Of a stretch of DNA of 64,000 bases, positions 1 through 9,339 are shown piece after piece. Source of the stretch: Anaerolineae bacterium (GTDB lineage Bacteria > Chloroflexota > Anaerolineae > Aggregatilineales > Phototrophicaceae); the NCBI GenBank assembly GCA_034432395.1, contig DAOUBU010000109.1:5509-69508 (forward strand). Direction: 5' to 3'. The stretch's first letter is position 1; each line of letters starts with the position of its first letter. The notes under the pieces were generated by a model that was not told the DNA's origin, searched no databases, and was given only the letters and a program-made list of their open reading frames with translations. The position numbers and the translations under genes are program-made.

Positions 1-605
1 GCAGCGACCTGCGCGCGGCGCTGCGCCCGCTGCTGCTGGCGGCGGTGACCGTCATCGGCGGGCTGTTCCTGACCTTCATCAACACGCGTGGGCTGCTGCA
101 CCTGGGATTCATCATCATGCTGGCGGCGGTCTGGTTCACCGACTGGTTCCTGAACCGGACGACGCCGGGCTTCGAGCTGCGCACCGTCGGCGCGAACCCG
201 AACGCCGCGCGCTACGCCGGCATGAGCGTGCGCCGCACCATCATCATGGCCATGGCGATCAGCGGCGGGCTGGCCGGGCTGGCGGGCGTGGTCGAGATCA
301 GCGGCGTGCAGAACAACATGCAGCCCGAGTTCTTCAGCGGGCTGGGCTTCGACGCCATCGCGGTCGCCCTGCTGGCGCGCACCAACCCGCGCAGCATGAT
401 CCCCGCCGGCCTGTTGTGGGGATCGCTGCTGGCCGGGGCCGGCCTGATGCAGGTGCGCGCCAATATCTCGATCGACCTGGTCAAGATCATCCAGGCGCTG
501 ATCATCATGTTCATCGCGGCGGATGCCATCATCCGCTTCATCTACCGCGTGCCGAAGACGGAAAAGACCGCGCTGACGACCTTCTCGAAAGGCTGGGGGA
601 GTTAA
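1..605 (+). CDS. ABC transporter permease, C-terminal part (BMP-family nucleoside/simple-sugar type); gene begins upstream of the window
   Basis: The reading frame of ORF 45..605 is open to the window edge. The product is hydrophobic and carries LRTVGANPNAARYAGMSVRRTIIMAMAISGGLAGLAG, typical of this permease family. A second permease gene starts 8 nt after its stop. Confidence 0.8.
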   Translation, partial: SDLRAALRPLLLAAVTVIGGLFLTFINTRGLLHLGFIIMLAAVWFTDWFLNRTTPGFELRTVGANPNAARYAGMSVRRTIIMAMAISGGLAGLAGVVEISGVQNNMQPEFFSGLGFDAIAVALLARTNPRSMIPAGLLWGSLLAGAGLMQVRANISIDLVKIIQALIIMFIAADAIIRFIYRVPKTEKTALTTFSKGWGS

Positions 606-613
606 ACGACCAC

Positions 614-1918
614 ATGACCGCCGTATCCCTGCCCACCGAGGCGCAGAGCGCCCCGCGCCTGCGTCTCAAGATCACCCGCACCGGGGTATTTTCGGTGTTG
701 TTCATCCTGATCGGTGCGTTCCTGCTGGTGCGCGCGCCGCAGGCGCTGACGCCGGAGACGACGACGACGCTCACCTTCGGGCAGCGCCTGCCGCAGCTCC
801 CCATCCCCACGCTGACGTATCTGCTGGCCGCGGGCGCTCTGTACCTCATCAGCGGCGCGCTGGGGCTGATCCCGCTCGCGGAGGAGTCGCGCTGGCGCGC
901 GCCGCGCACCGCCCTGCTGATCCTGGGCGGCGCGTTCATCATCCCCACGGTGCTGATCGCCGCCGCCGCGAACAACAGCACCAACGTGACCGTCATGCTG
1001 TCCGTCAGTGTGCGCCTGGCCACGCCGATCGTGCTCGGCGCGCTGGCTGGCATCTGGAGCGAGCGCGCCGGCGTGGTCAACATCGCCATCGAGGGCATGA
1101 TGCTGACCGGGGCCTGCTTCGGCTTCACCGCGTTCACGCTGCTGCAGAGCGCCGGTATGGTGACCGGGACGGCTCTGCTGATCGGCGTGATCGTGGCCGC
1201 GCTGAGCGGTGGTATCATGGCGACGCTCCACGCCTGGCTGTCGATCACGTTTCGCACCGATCAGGTCGTCAGCGGCACGGTCATCAACATCCTGGCGATC
1301 GGGGTGACCAGCTTCGTCCGCCGCGAGATCCTGTTCTCGTCCGAGGCCGGGCGCGAGACGCTGCAGCAGATCCCGATCCCGGTGCTGTCGGACATCCCGG
1401 TGGTCGGCGATATCCTGTTCAACGGCCGCCCGATCTTCTACGCCATGTTCATCCTGCTGATCGTCACCCATGTCGTGCTCTTCTACACCCGCTGGGGGCT
1501 GCGCATGCGCGCCGTGGGCGAAAATCCGCGCGCCGCCGACACGCTGGGCGTCAATGTCATCCGCACGCGCTGGATCAACGTCATCATCGGCGGGCTGATC
1601 GCCGGGCTGGCCGGGGCCTGGTTCAGCCTGGAGACGACGGGCAATTTCGACGACAACATGACCAGCGGCCGCGGCTTCATCGGCCTGGCGGCGATGATCT
1701 TCGGCAAATGGCTGCCGTTCGGCGCGTTCGGCGGCGGCCTACTGTTCGGCTTCTCCGACGCGCTCGGCCAGCGCTTTCAGGTGCTGGGCGTGCCGATCCC
1801 GCCGCAGTTTTTGCAGATGGTTCCCTACGTGATCACGATCATCGTGCTGGCCGGTCTGGTGGGCCGGGCGGTCGCCCCGAAAGCCGACGGCGTGCCGTAT
1901 GAGAAAGAGGGCAAGTGA
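614..1918 (+). CDS. ABC transporter permease (BMP-family, second membrane subunit)
   Basis: ORF 416..1918 is trimmed to the in-frame ATG at 614, just after the upstream stop. The 5' extension overlaps gene 1 and is Arg/Gly-rich. The product has many TM helices, and GENPRAADTLGVNVIRTRWINVIIGGLIAGLAGAW mirrors the motif in gene 1. Confidence 0.85.
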   Translation: MTAVSLPTEAQSAPRLRLKITRTGVFSVLFILIGAFLLVRAPQALTPETTTTLTFGQRLPQLPIPTLTYLLAAGALYLISGALGLIPLAEESRWRAPRTALLILGGAFIIPTVLIAAAANNSTNVTVMLSVSVRLATPIVLGALAGIWSERAGVVNIAIEGMMLTGACFGFTAFTLLQSAGMVTGTALLIGVIVAALSGGIMATLHAWLSITFRTDQVVSGTVINILAIGVTSFVRREILFSSEAGRETLQQIPIPVLSDIPVVGDILFNGRPIFYAMFILLIVTHVVLFYTRWGLRMRAVGENPRAADTLGVNVIRTRWINVIIGGLIAGLAGAWFSLETTGNFDDNMTSGRGFIGLAAMIFGKWLPFGAFGGGLLFGFSDALGQRFQVLGVPIPPQFLQMVPYVITIIVLAGLVGRAVAPKADGVPYEKEGK

Positions 1919-1966
1919 GCGCGGCGGGGCGCGCAGGTTCAGCGGGCGCGCCCCGCTTCATCCGTC

Positions 1967-2371
1967 ATGACAGGGGACGAGGACACCGTGATCGCATCTG
2001 AGGTCATTCTGCACATCATCCCGGCGTATGCCTGGGAGCACGCCCGTCAGTACGCCGACTACCGGGGCGACACGCTGGAGGCGGAGGGGTTCATCCACTT
2101 TTCGACGCCCGATCAGATCGTGGCGACCGCCAATCGGCGCTTCCGCGGGCATACCGGGCTGCTGCTGCTGGTCGTCGATCCGGCCAGGCTGGCCCATGAA
2201 CTGCGTTACGAAGCGCCGTTCGAGGGGACATCCGCCGACGGGGACGACTACCGCGATCAGCGCTTTCCGCACCTGTACGGCCCGCTCAACCTCGACGCCG
2301 TCATCGACGTGCTGCCGTTCGAGCCGGATGCCGACGGGCTGTTCCATCTGCCGCCCGCGCTGGCGCGTTAA
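1967..2371 (+). CDS. DUF952 domain protein
   Basis: 134-aa ORF with FIHFSTPDQ, LLLLVVDP and RFPHLYGPL segments that I recognise as the DUF952 signature. Confidence 0.7.
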   Translation: MTGDEDTVIASEVILHIIPAYAWEHARQYADYRGDTLEAEGFIHFSTPDQIVATANRRFRGHTGLLLLVVDPARLAHELRYEAPFEGTSADGDDYRDQRFPHLYGPLNLDAVIDVLPFEPDADGLFHLPPALAR

Positions 2372-4005
2372 GGCGCGAACAGCCGGAACAGTTTGATGGC
2401 CACCTGAAGGTTGATGCGCGTATCCGGGTCGGTCAGATCGACGCCGGTGATGGCGGCGATCCGCTCCAGGCGATAATTGAGCGTGCTGCGGTGGATGCTG
2501 AGCAGCTCCGCCGTGCGTACGCCGCTGCCGCCGGAGTCAACGAAGACCTCCAGCGTGCGGAACAGATCCGCGCCCGGCTCACCGGACAGGCGGCGCAGCA
2601 TCGGGATATATGGGTTGGCGTCCAGCGCCGCGCGCCCGGCGCGGAACAGGGTGTACAGGTAGCCCAGATCGTCGAAGTAAGCGATGCGCGTCTCGGGCTG
2701 GCCCAGCCTGCTGGCGATGAACAGCGCATCGCGCGCCTGAGCGTAGGCGGTGAGCACATGACCGGGGCCGCGCCCGGCGGCGCTGACGCCGATGCGCAGC
2801 GCAGTTTTCGGCTCGACGACCTCAGCCAGCGCGGCGATCAGGCGCGTCAGATCGGCATCGCGGCGCGGATCGGGGCCGGAGGCGCACACGATCACGCACT
2901 GACCGACGAATTCCCCCGCCATGATGCGCCAGCCCTCGCGCGCGGCCAGCCGGTTGACGCGCCGCGTCAGCGCGACGGCGTCCAGCGCAGCGGTTTCGAG
3001 CATCAGCAGCACATGGGGCGCGCTCAGGTTGACGCCGTAGCGCAGCGCCTGATCGGTCAGAGGGGCGGCGCTCTCGCCGATATCGCCCTGCAGCAGGCGC
3101 GTCAGCAGGCCGCCTTTGAGCGAGGCTTCGGCATTCTGGGCGGCCTCCTGATACAGCAGCATGAGCGCGGCGATCGTCGCGCCGCTGTCGATCGCCAGCA
3201 TGTCCAGCGTGGACAGCGGACGTTCCGCCGCGATGATCCACATGTAGCCGTAGATCTCCGCATGGACGATGATCGGGGCCAGGATGCGTTCGAATTCCAG
3301 GCCGACTTCCGGCAGCGGCGGCAGGTGCACCGGGCGCAGTGTGCGCCGGATATCGGCGAACACCCCGCGTCGCTCCAGCTCCGCCAGCAGGCGCGGATCG
3401 GTGCGCTGCTGTTCCTGCGTGTAGCGCCGCGCCTCGTCCACCGGCGCGACGTTGTGGACGGCCAGGCTTTCGAAACGCTCATTTTCGATGCTGACCGACT
3501 GGCCGATCAGCTCGGCGAGCTGCCGGGCGAGCTGCGGCAGGCCGCCGCCCTCCAGCACCAGGCGCGTCAGCGTCTGGTTGATGTGCAGCACCCGCTCGAT
3601 GATCGCCATGTTGGTCTGGCTGATGCGCTGGTTGACGGCGCGGGCGATATCGACGAAGCGCGCCTGATACGGGATCTCGATCAGCGGGAAGCCGCAGGCG
3701 TCCGCCTCGGCGCGCATGTGTTCGGGGGCGGCGTGGATGTAGCTGCCCACGGCCAGCGCCAGCGCCGCCACCCCTTTGTCCGCCATCTGACGGACATAGG
3801 TGCGCTGCCCGTCCACCGACTGGGGCAGGTTGAGCGCGGTCGTCAGCACCAGTTCGCCGCCGTTGAGCCACAGCGGGGCGTCTGGAACCGGGCTGACGTG
3901 CACCCAGGCGACCGGGCGGTCGATGCCCGCCGCCCCGGCCACCACGCGCGCCCCGACGAGTTCCTGCATCCGTAAGACTTCGGCCACGGTCGGCACGGCG
4001 TTCAA
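2368..4005 (-). CDS. PucR-family transcriptional regulator
   Basis: 545-aa ORF. The N-terminal segment AGAAGIDRPVAWVHVSPVPDAPLWLNGGELVLTT is PurC-like. The C-terminal HTH LLSIHRSTLNYRLERIAAITGVDL is typical of PucR C-terminal domains. Its TTG start overlaps the stop of the upstream phosphatase gene (TTGA at 4002-4005). Confidence 0.85.
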   Translation of the reverse strand: MNAVPTVAEVLRMQELVGARVVAGAAGIDRPVAWVHVSPVPDAPLWLNGGELVLTTALNLPQSVDGQRTYVRQMADKGVAALALAVGSYIHAAPEHMRAEADACGFPLIEIPYQARFVDIARAVNQRISQTNMAIIERVLHINQTLTRLVLEGGGLPQLARQLAELIGQSVSIENERFESLAVHNVAPVDEARRYTQEQQRTDPRLLAELERRGVFADIRRTLRPVHLPPLPEVGLEFERILAPIIVHAEIYGYMWIIAAERPLSTLDMLAIDSGATIAALMLLYQEAAQNAEASLKGGLLTRLLQGDIGESAAPLTDQALRYGVNLSAPHVLLMLETAALDAVALTRRVNRLAAREGWRIMAGEFVGQCVIVCASGPDPRRDADLTRLIAALAEVVEPKTALRIGVSAAGRGPGHVLTAYAQARDALFIASRLGQPETRIAYFDDLGYLYTLFRAGRAALDANPYIPMLRRLSGEPGADLFRTLEVFVDSGGSGVRTAELLSIHRSTLNYRLERIAAITGVDLTDPDTRINLQVAIKLFRLFAP

Positions 4006-5132
4006 CGCTCCAGCAGGTGGGTGCGCAGCGCCTCGATCTCCGCTTCCGTCATGCCGGCCTGGTCGGTCAGGTAGCGGATCGCGCCGCCGTAGCGTGTGCG
4101 GACGTAGTCGAGCGCGGTGCGCATGGTATTCGGGGCGGCCAGCAGCATCGGATGCAGGGCATCGATCCGGACGCCCAGCCGGCGCAGTTTGTCCGCCTGC
4201 ACCCCGGCGGCCTCTTTGAAATGGTCGAAGAATCGGTTGCTGAGCGAGTAATCGGCGATGATGGTCGCCTCCGGCACGCCCAGGGCGGCCAGCAGCAGTG
4301 CGGAGACCATGCCGGCGCGATCCTTGCCCGCCGTGCAGTGCAGGATGACGGGCAGGTTGGCCGGGTCGGTCATCTGGCGGTAGATGGCCCCGAAAACCGG
4401 CGCGTTCTGATCGATCATGTTGCTGATGTAGCCGCGCAGCAGCAGTTGATCCAGGCGGTTGCGGTAGCGCAGCACGGTGAGGATCTGCCGGATCTTGCTG
4501 CCTTCCGTCAGCAGGGGGCGGGCGAAGGTGGCCGCGCCCCGCAGCGGGCGATCGGGCTTGGCGGCGATCTCATCGGGGACGCGCAGATCGCAGATCAGCC
4601 GGATGCCGATGCGTTCCAGATAGGCCTGATCGTCCGGCGTCAGATCGCCCAGATGGCTGGTGCGGAAGACCCGGCCCCAGCGCACCCGCCGCCCATCCGC
4701 TGTCGCGTAGCCGCCCAGATCGCGGGCGTTGAACGCCCCTTTGAGCGGCAGGTAGCGCTCCGCCGCGGTGATCTGGCGATCGTCAATCAGCGTGACGCGG
4801 AAGTAGTAGCGGGTGAGCGGGTCGAGGCCGCAGGCGGCGTGATCGACCACGGCGGCGCCATCCTCCAGCGTGAACGGGATCTCGCGCCGGGCATCGATCG
4901 CGTCGGGGTGCGTCCCGGCGTGCAGGGCGGTGATCGGCACGGCCCCGGCCGTCCGGAAGACGAGATCGCCATCGGCGCGGCGGGTGACCGTCACCGGCTC
5001 ATCCGGCTGGATGATCAGCGACAGCGGATCGACCGGGGCGGATACTGGGGTGCGGGCAGTCGTCACAGGTGTGTCCTCTCTCTGCTGATTCGACCCTGTG
5101 CATGATACATCAGAACGGCGGCTGCAGCGCAA
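4002..5132 (-). CDS. Protein-tyrosine phosphatase (Y_phosphatase3-like) with about 130-aa N-terminal extension
   Basis: Carries FNARDLGGY and the CX5R active-site loop HCTAGKDRAG. Overlaps the PucR gene by 4 nt, so the two are probably co-transcribed. The exact start is uncertain. Confidence 0.8.
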   Translation of the reverse strand: MRCSRRSDVSCTGSNQQREDTPVTTARTPVSAPVDPLSLIIQPDEPVTVTRRADGDLVFRTAGAVPITALHAGTHPDAIDARREIPFTLEDGAAVVDHAACGLDPLTRYYFRVTLIDDRQITAAERYLPLKGAFNARDLGGYATADGRRVRWGRVFRTSHLGDLTPDDQAYLERIGIRLICDLRVPDEIAAKPDRPLRGAATFARPLLTEGSKIRQILTVLRYRNRLDQLLLRGYISNMIDQNAPVFGAIYRQMTDPANLPVILHCTAGKDRAGMVSALLLAALGVPEATIIADYSLSNRFFDHFKEAAGVQADKLRRLGVRIDALHPMLLAAPNTMRTALDYVRTRYGGAIRYLTDQAGMTEAEIEALRTHLLER

Positions 5133-5179
5133 CCGGGAACCCTGCTGCCGGATCGCGATCGCTCATGCCGGGTCGGCGA

Positions 5180-6073
5180 TCAGCCTTTCACCGCGCCCGC
5201 CGTCAGCCCCTCGACGATGCGCCGCTGGAAGATCAGCACCAGTACGATCAGCGGGATGGTGACCACGACCGAGGCCGCCATGACCTCAGCGATCGGATCC
5301 TGGCGCAGCACGCGCCCGCCGAAGAGCGCGATCGCCACCGGCACAGTCTGCGCTGACGGGTTGACGATCGTGAACGTCAGGGCGAACAGGTATTCGTTCC
5401 AGGCGCTGATGAAGGCCAGCAGCCCGGTGGTCACCAGCGCCGGGGCGGTCAGCGGCAGCAGGATCATGTAGAAGGTCTGGAAGGTAGTCGCCCCATCGAC
5501 GAGCGCCGCCTGTTCCAGTTCGGACGGCAGCCCGCGGAAGAAGCTGGTCAGCGTCCACACGGTGAACGGGAGCGTGAGCAGCGGGTAGGTGACGATGAGC
5601 GATCCCAGCGACCCGTACAGCCCCAGGTCGGTGATGATGGCGAACAGGCCGGAGAGGATCGAGATCTGCGGGAACATCGTCATCGCCAGCACGGCGTAGA
5701 GCATGAGCAGACGCCCGCGGAACTGCAGGCGTCCCAGCGCATAAGCGGCGAACGACCCGACGGCCAGCGCGAAGATCGTCGTCGTCGCGGCGACGAAGGC
5801 GCTGTTGATCATCCCGCGGATGAACTGGTCGTTGGTGAAAACGGATTCGTAGTTGATCGTCGTCGGGTTGAGCGGCCAGAACGTCGCGGTGGCGAAGATC
5901 TCGTTTTCGCCCTTCAGCGACGAATTGAACGCCCAGTAGAACGGGAACAGCGTGTACGCCAGGATCAGCACGACGACGATCCAGAACAGGATACGCCCCA
6001 GATGATGTTGAAACGCCCGGCTGGTGGCGCCCGCTTCGGCGCGGGCGGCGGTGGATGCGGTCGCGGCGGTCAT
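5180..6073 (-). CDS. Carbohydrate ABC transporter permease (MalG/CUT1 type)
   Basis: 297-aa polytopic protein with the EAA-type loop GLPSELEQAALVDGATTFQTFYMILLPL. ATGA overlap with the upstream permease at 6070-6073. Confidence 0.9.
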   Translation of the reverse strand: MTAATASTAARAEAGATSRAFQHHLGRILFWIVVVLILAYTLFPFYWAFNSSLKGENEIFATATFWPLNPTTINYESVFTNDQFIRGMINSAFVAATTTIFALAVGSFAAYALGRLQFRGRLLMLYAVLAMTMFPQISILSGLFAIITDLGLYGSLGSLIVTYPLLTLPFTVWTLTSFFRGLPSELEQAALVDGATTFQTFYMILLPLTAPALVTTGLLAFISAWNEYLFALTFTIVNPSAQTVPVAIALFGGRVLRQDPIAEVMAASVVVTIPLIVLVLIFQRRIVEGLTAGAVKG

Positions 6074-7626
6074 TCAGCACTCACCCCCAGGATGCGCACG
6101 TAAATCACGGTGAAGACCAGGATGATGACGAAGATGACCACGCCGATGGCGGAGGCCAGGCCCAGCTCCTGATCGAGGATCAGCGTCCGGTAGTTGAACG
6201 TCGCCAGCGACAGGCGGGTGTTCTCCAGCAGCACCTGGAAGACGTCGAAGACGCGCACCGCATCCAGCGTGCGGAAGACCAGCGCCACGGCGATGGCCGG
6301 GCGCAGCAGCGGCAGCGTGATCGAGAAGAACTGGCGCACTTTGCTCGCGCCGTCCACGTCCGCGGCCTCGTACAGATCGCCGGAGATCACCTGCAGGCCG
6401 GCCAGCAGGATGAGCGCCATGAACGGGGTGGTCTTCCAGACATCGACGAAGATCAGCGCCGGGATCTGCAGATGGGAAGCCGCCAGCCATGCCTGCGGCT
6501 GATTGACGATCCCCGTCAGCATCAGGAAACGGTTGATGACGCCGGACGAATCCGGGCGCAGCATGACCTCCCACAGGCGGGCCGAGACCACTGTCGGGAT
6601 GGCCCAGGGGATGAGCATGGCGGCGCGCATCAGGCCGCGGCCTTTGAATTTGGAGTTGATGACCATGGCGATGAACAGGCCCAGGATCAGCTCCAGCGTG
6701 ACGGAAACGACCGTGAAGACGAGCGTGTTGCTGAACGAATTGACGAAATCGATGCCGGTCGCCCCGCGTGCGCTGAAGATCCAGCGCGTGTCGCCGAGGG
6801 TGATGCCGGTGGCCTCGCGGAAGCGGAAATCAGTGTAGCCCTGATCGAGGACGTCGCGCGGGCGGGGGAAGACAGGCGTCCCGTCGGCATTCGTCTGGCA
6901 GGCGCCGCTCTCGTCGCGGCTGCATTCCAGCCGGTCGATGCGGAAGCTGAGCAACTGTGAGTAATTGTCGAAGCCGACGTACTCCGCCGGGCGGTTGTCG
7001 GCGAAGCGATCGTTGGTCAGGCTGGCGACGAACGTCTTCTCCAGCGGGCGCAGCGCCACGATGATCATGATCGCGATGGTGGGCAGCAGCAGATTCCACG
7101 CCGAGCGCGCGCTGGCCTCCGTCAGCGTTTCGACGCCGCGGAACAGGTTCAGGCTGCGCCCGAGCCAGCCATACGCCGCGCCGACCAGAGCCGCGGCGGC
7201 CAGCCAGGGCAGCGCGTTCTGAACGCCGCTGCCGGGCGTTCCTGCAGGGCCAGCCGATCCCGCGCTGAAACCCTGCACGGCCATGACCAGCGCGGCGATC
7301 GTCAGCCAGAGCAGGATCTGGCGCGCCCAGTTGGCCGCGCGCACGTCGCGCTGGAAGATGCGGACGCCGAGCAGCGCGAGGTAGATGCCGGCCCCGGCGA
7401 TCAGGACGGGCAGGATGATGCCGTAGGTATTGAGGAAGCGCAGCAGCGTATCGCCGCTGCGCTCTTCCGGCGCAGCGGTATTGATGACGCCGGCGATATT
7501 GCTCACCACAAGTGTGAAAGCCGCCGCGGCCAGCGCGAGGAAGAACAGGCCCAGCCCGTATACGCCGATCGCGCCCACGCCATCACCCGCTGCTGGCCGT
7601 CTGGCCGGGGTTTGCGAGAGTGCCAT
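6070..7626 (-). CDS. Carbohydrate ABC transporter permease (MalF-like, long form)
   Basis: 518-aa ORF. The C-terminal half carries GDLYEAADVDGASKVRQFFSITLPLL (EAA loop). There are extra N-terminal TM helices and a large extracytoplasmic loop, as in MalF. Confidence 0.88.
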   Translation of the reverse strand: MALSQTPARRPAAGDGVGAIGVYGLGLFFLALAAAAFTLVVSNIAGVINTAAPEERSGDTLLRFLNTYGIILPVLIAGAGIYLALLGVRIFQRDVRAANWARQILLWLTIAALVMAVQGFSAGSAGPAGTPGSGVQNALPWLAAAALVGAAYGWLGRSLNLFRGVETLTEASARSAWNLLLPTIAIMIIVALRPLEKTFVASLTNDRFADNRPAEYVGFDNYSQLLSFRIDRLECSRDESGACQTNADGTPVFPRPRDVLDQGYTDFRFREATGITLGDTRWIFSARGATGIDFVNSFSNTLVFTVVSVTLELILGLFIAMVINSKFKGRGLMRAAMLIPWAIPTVVSARLWEVMLRPDSSGVINRFLMLTGIVNQPQAWLAASHLQIPALIFVDVWKTTPFMALILLAGLQVISGDLYEAADVDGASKVRQFFSITLPLLRPAIAVALVFRTLDAVRVFDVFQVLLENTRLSLATFNYRTLILDQELGLASAIGVVIFVIILVFTVIYVRILGVSAE

Positions 7627-7739
7627 AGTCTATACCTCTGTCAAAACAGCAGTTCCAAATAAAGGCAGGGGCGCAGCCTGCGACGCGCCCCTGCCTGAAG
7701 ACAACCGTCTGTGAAACCGGTGGGTTCGCTCAGACAGGC

Positions 7740-9044
7740 TTACCTGTTGAGGATCTCATCCACCAGATCCTGCAGATCCACTTCCATATCTTCCACGGCG
7801 GTGCGCGCATCGACCTCGCCGGTCAGGACGCTGTGGACGCCGCTGAAGAAGATCTGCGAGGCCGTGTTGTACCGGTCAGCGGTGAAGCCGGACGGGCGCG
7901 CCACCGCCGTGGCCAGGATCGGCCCCATGCGGCTGAACAGCGGATTGGCCTCGATCAGGGCCGGATCTTCGTACAGCGCCGGGATGGTCGGGTTCGTGCC
8001 CTGCGGGCTGAGCGCACGGATGAGCTGTTCGTCATACGACGCCATGAACGCGGCGACGCTGGCGGCAGCCGCCGGATTCTCCGAGTAGGCGCTGACGGCG
8101 AGCTGCCAGCCGCCCAGGCAGGCGGCGGCGGTCACCGCACCGCGCGGCAGCGGGGCGTAATCGAACAGGCCGGCCACGGCGCTGCCTTCGCTGTTGCCCA
8201 GACCGTAGGCATACGGCCAGTTGCGCATGAAGGCGGCGTTGCCCGCCTGCCAGACCGCGCGCGACTCTTCTTCGCCGAACGTGGTGACGGCTTCGGGGCT
8301 GATCGTGCCGACCCAGCCGGCGGCGCGCTCCAGCGCGGCGACGAACGCATCGTTGTTGACGTTGACTTCGCCTTCAGGGGTGATGAAGGTCTGCCCGGTC
8401 TCGGCCACCAGCCACTCGTGCGCATCGCAGGTCAGGCCTTCGTAGCTGTTGCCCTGCCAGACATAGCCGTAGAACTCGCTGTTGCCCTCAGCGCGCTCGC
8501 CTTCCTGGATGATGGCGGCGGCTTCGGTCAGTTCGTCCCAGGTCGTCGGCACTTCCAGACCGTATTTCTCCAGCAGGTCGGTGCGGTAGTACAGACCGGC
8601 GGCGTCGGTGAACCAGGGGATGGCGACCAGGCGGCCGTCGATCGTCTGGCCTTCGACCATGGCCGGGAAGAACTGCGACACGTATTCCTCATCGACATAA
8701 TCGTACATATCGACGACGTGCGGAGCGATGATACCGGCCCAGATCACGTCCACCTGATAGATATCGACCACATCGCTGCGCGCTTCCCAGAACTGCTGGT
8801 ACAGGCCGAGGCGATCGGTGGTCAGGTCGGGGGTCTCCAGCAGCGTGATCGAGATGTTCGGGCACATCGCCATGTAGCGATCCGCCTGTTCGCTGACGAC
8901 TTCGTATTCGACGCCGACGGCCCCGGCAGCGATCGTGATTTCGGCTTCACCCTCCGGGCAGGCCATGCCGTCCTGCGCGCTGACGGTCGCAAAGGCGCCC
9001 AGAATCAGCGCGAGCACGAGAGCAGCACTCAAAAACTTCCGCAT
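7740..9044 (-). CDS. Extracellular sugar-binding protein of the CUT1 ABC importer
   Basis: 434 aa with signal peptide MRKFLSAALVLALILGAFATVSAQD. Acidic, Trp/Tyr-rich solute-binding-protein composition. It heads the two permease genes. No ATPase gene is in this operon, as is common for CUT1 systems. Confidence 0.85.
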   Translation of the reverse strand: MRKFLSAALVLALILGAFATVSAQDGMACPEGEAEITIAAGAVGVEYEVVSEQADRYMAMCPNISITLLETPDLTTDRLGLYQQFWEARSDVVDIYQVDVIWAGIIAPHVVDMYDYVDEEYVSQFFPAMVEGQTIDGRLVAIPWFTDAAGLYYRTDLLEKYGLEVPTTWDELTEAAAIIQEGERAEGNSEFYGYVWQGNSYEGLTCDAHEWLVAETGQTFITPEGEVNVNNDAFVAALERAAGWVGTISPEAVTTFGEEESRAVWQAGNAAFMRNWPYAYGLGNSEGSAVAGLFDYAPLPRGAVTAAACLGGWQLAVSAYSENPAAAASVAAFMASYDEQLIRALSPQGTNPTIPALYEDPALIEANPLFSRMGPILATAVARPSGFTADRYNTASQIFFSGVHSVLTGEVDARTAVEDMEVDLQDLVDEILNR

Positions 9045-9108
9045 CAGTCAATCCTCCTGAAAATGGGCGCGCTGACAATATTTTCGGCTGCGCGCTTACA
9101 AGCACGTA

Positions 9109-9136
9109 AGCTTAACGCGATCTGCGTTTCTTGCAA
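9109..9136 (-). promoter_or_regulatory. Candidate sigma70-like promoter of the sugar ABC operon
   Basis: On the minus strand, TTGCAA (9136-9131), a 16-nt spacer, then TAAGCT (9114-9109), about 64 nt upstream of the 9044 start. Pattern match only. Confidence 0.3.
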
Positions 9137-9289
9137 GCCGGTCTGCGACAGGAATTTGTACAAACTGCACCAAATGTTCGGTTCTGCTGCGGGCAAAATC
9201 GCAGATGGACGCCCGGATGCCGGGCCGGAGCGGGCCTGGCAGGCGTTTGCGCGATCGGGGTCTGCGCGCCGCGGAGTATCGCCCCTGCT

Positions 9290-9322
9290 GTGAAAACAGT
9301 GCGGGGGCCTGTCCGCCCCCGC
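9290..9322 (-). terminator. Rho-independent terminator downstream of the 9340..10272 gene
   Basis: Perfect 8-bp GC stem GCGGGGGC (9301-9308) / GCCCCCGC (9315-9322) with a 6-nt loop. On the minus strand it is followed by ACTGTTTTCAC. It lies 18 nt after the TAA stop. Confidence 0.6.
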
Positions 9323-9339
9323 ATTCCTGCGTCCGTGGG

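Noticed and set aside
2491-3975. Other long antisense or overlapping ORFs: 2491..3975(+), 4017..5105(+), 6055..6960(+), 7833..9293(+), 16859..18541(-), 18593..19699(-), 21473..22603(+), 26126..27397(-), 36974..38644(-), 39298..40704(-), 41336..42928(-), 42923..44956(+), 46341..47723(+), 47720..48763(+), 56407..57393(+), 58540..59511(-), 59587..60684(+)
   Set aside because: Each fully overlaps a gene on the opposite strand that has clear family motifs. Their translations are Arg/Gly/Ala/Asp-biased, as expected for antisense frames at about 67% GC.
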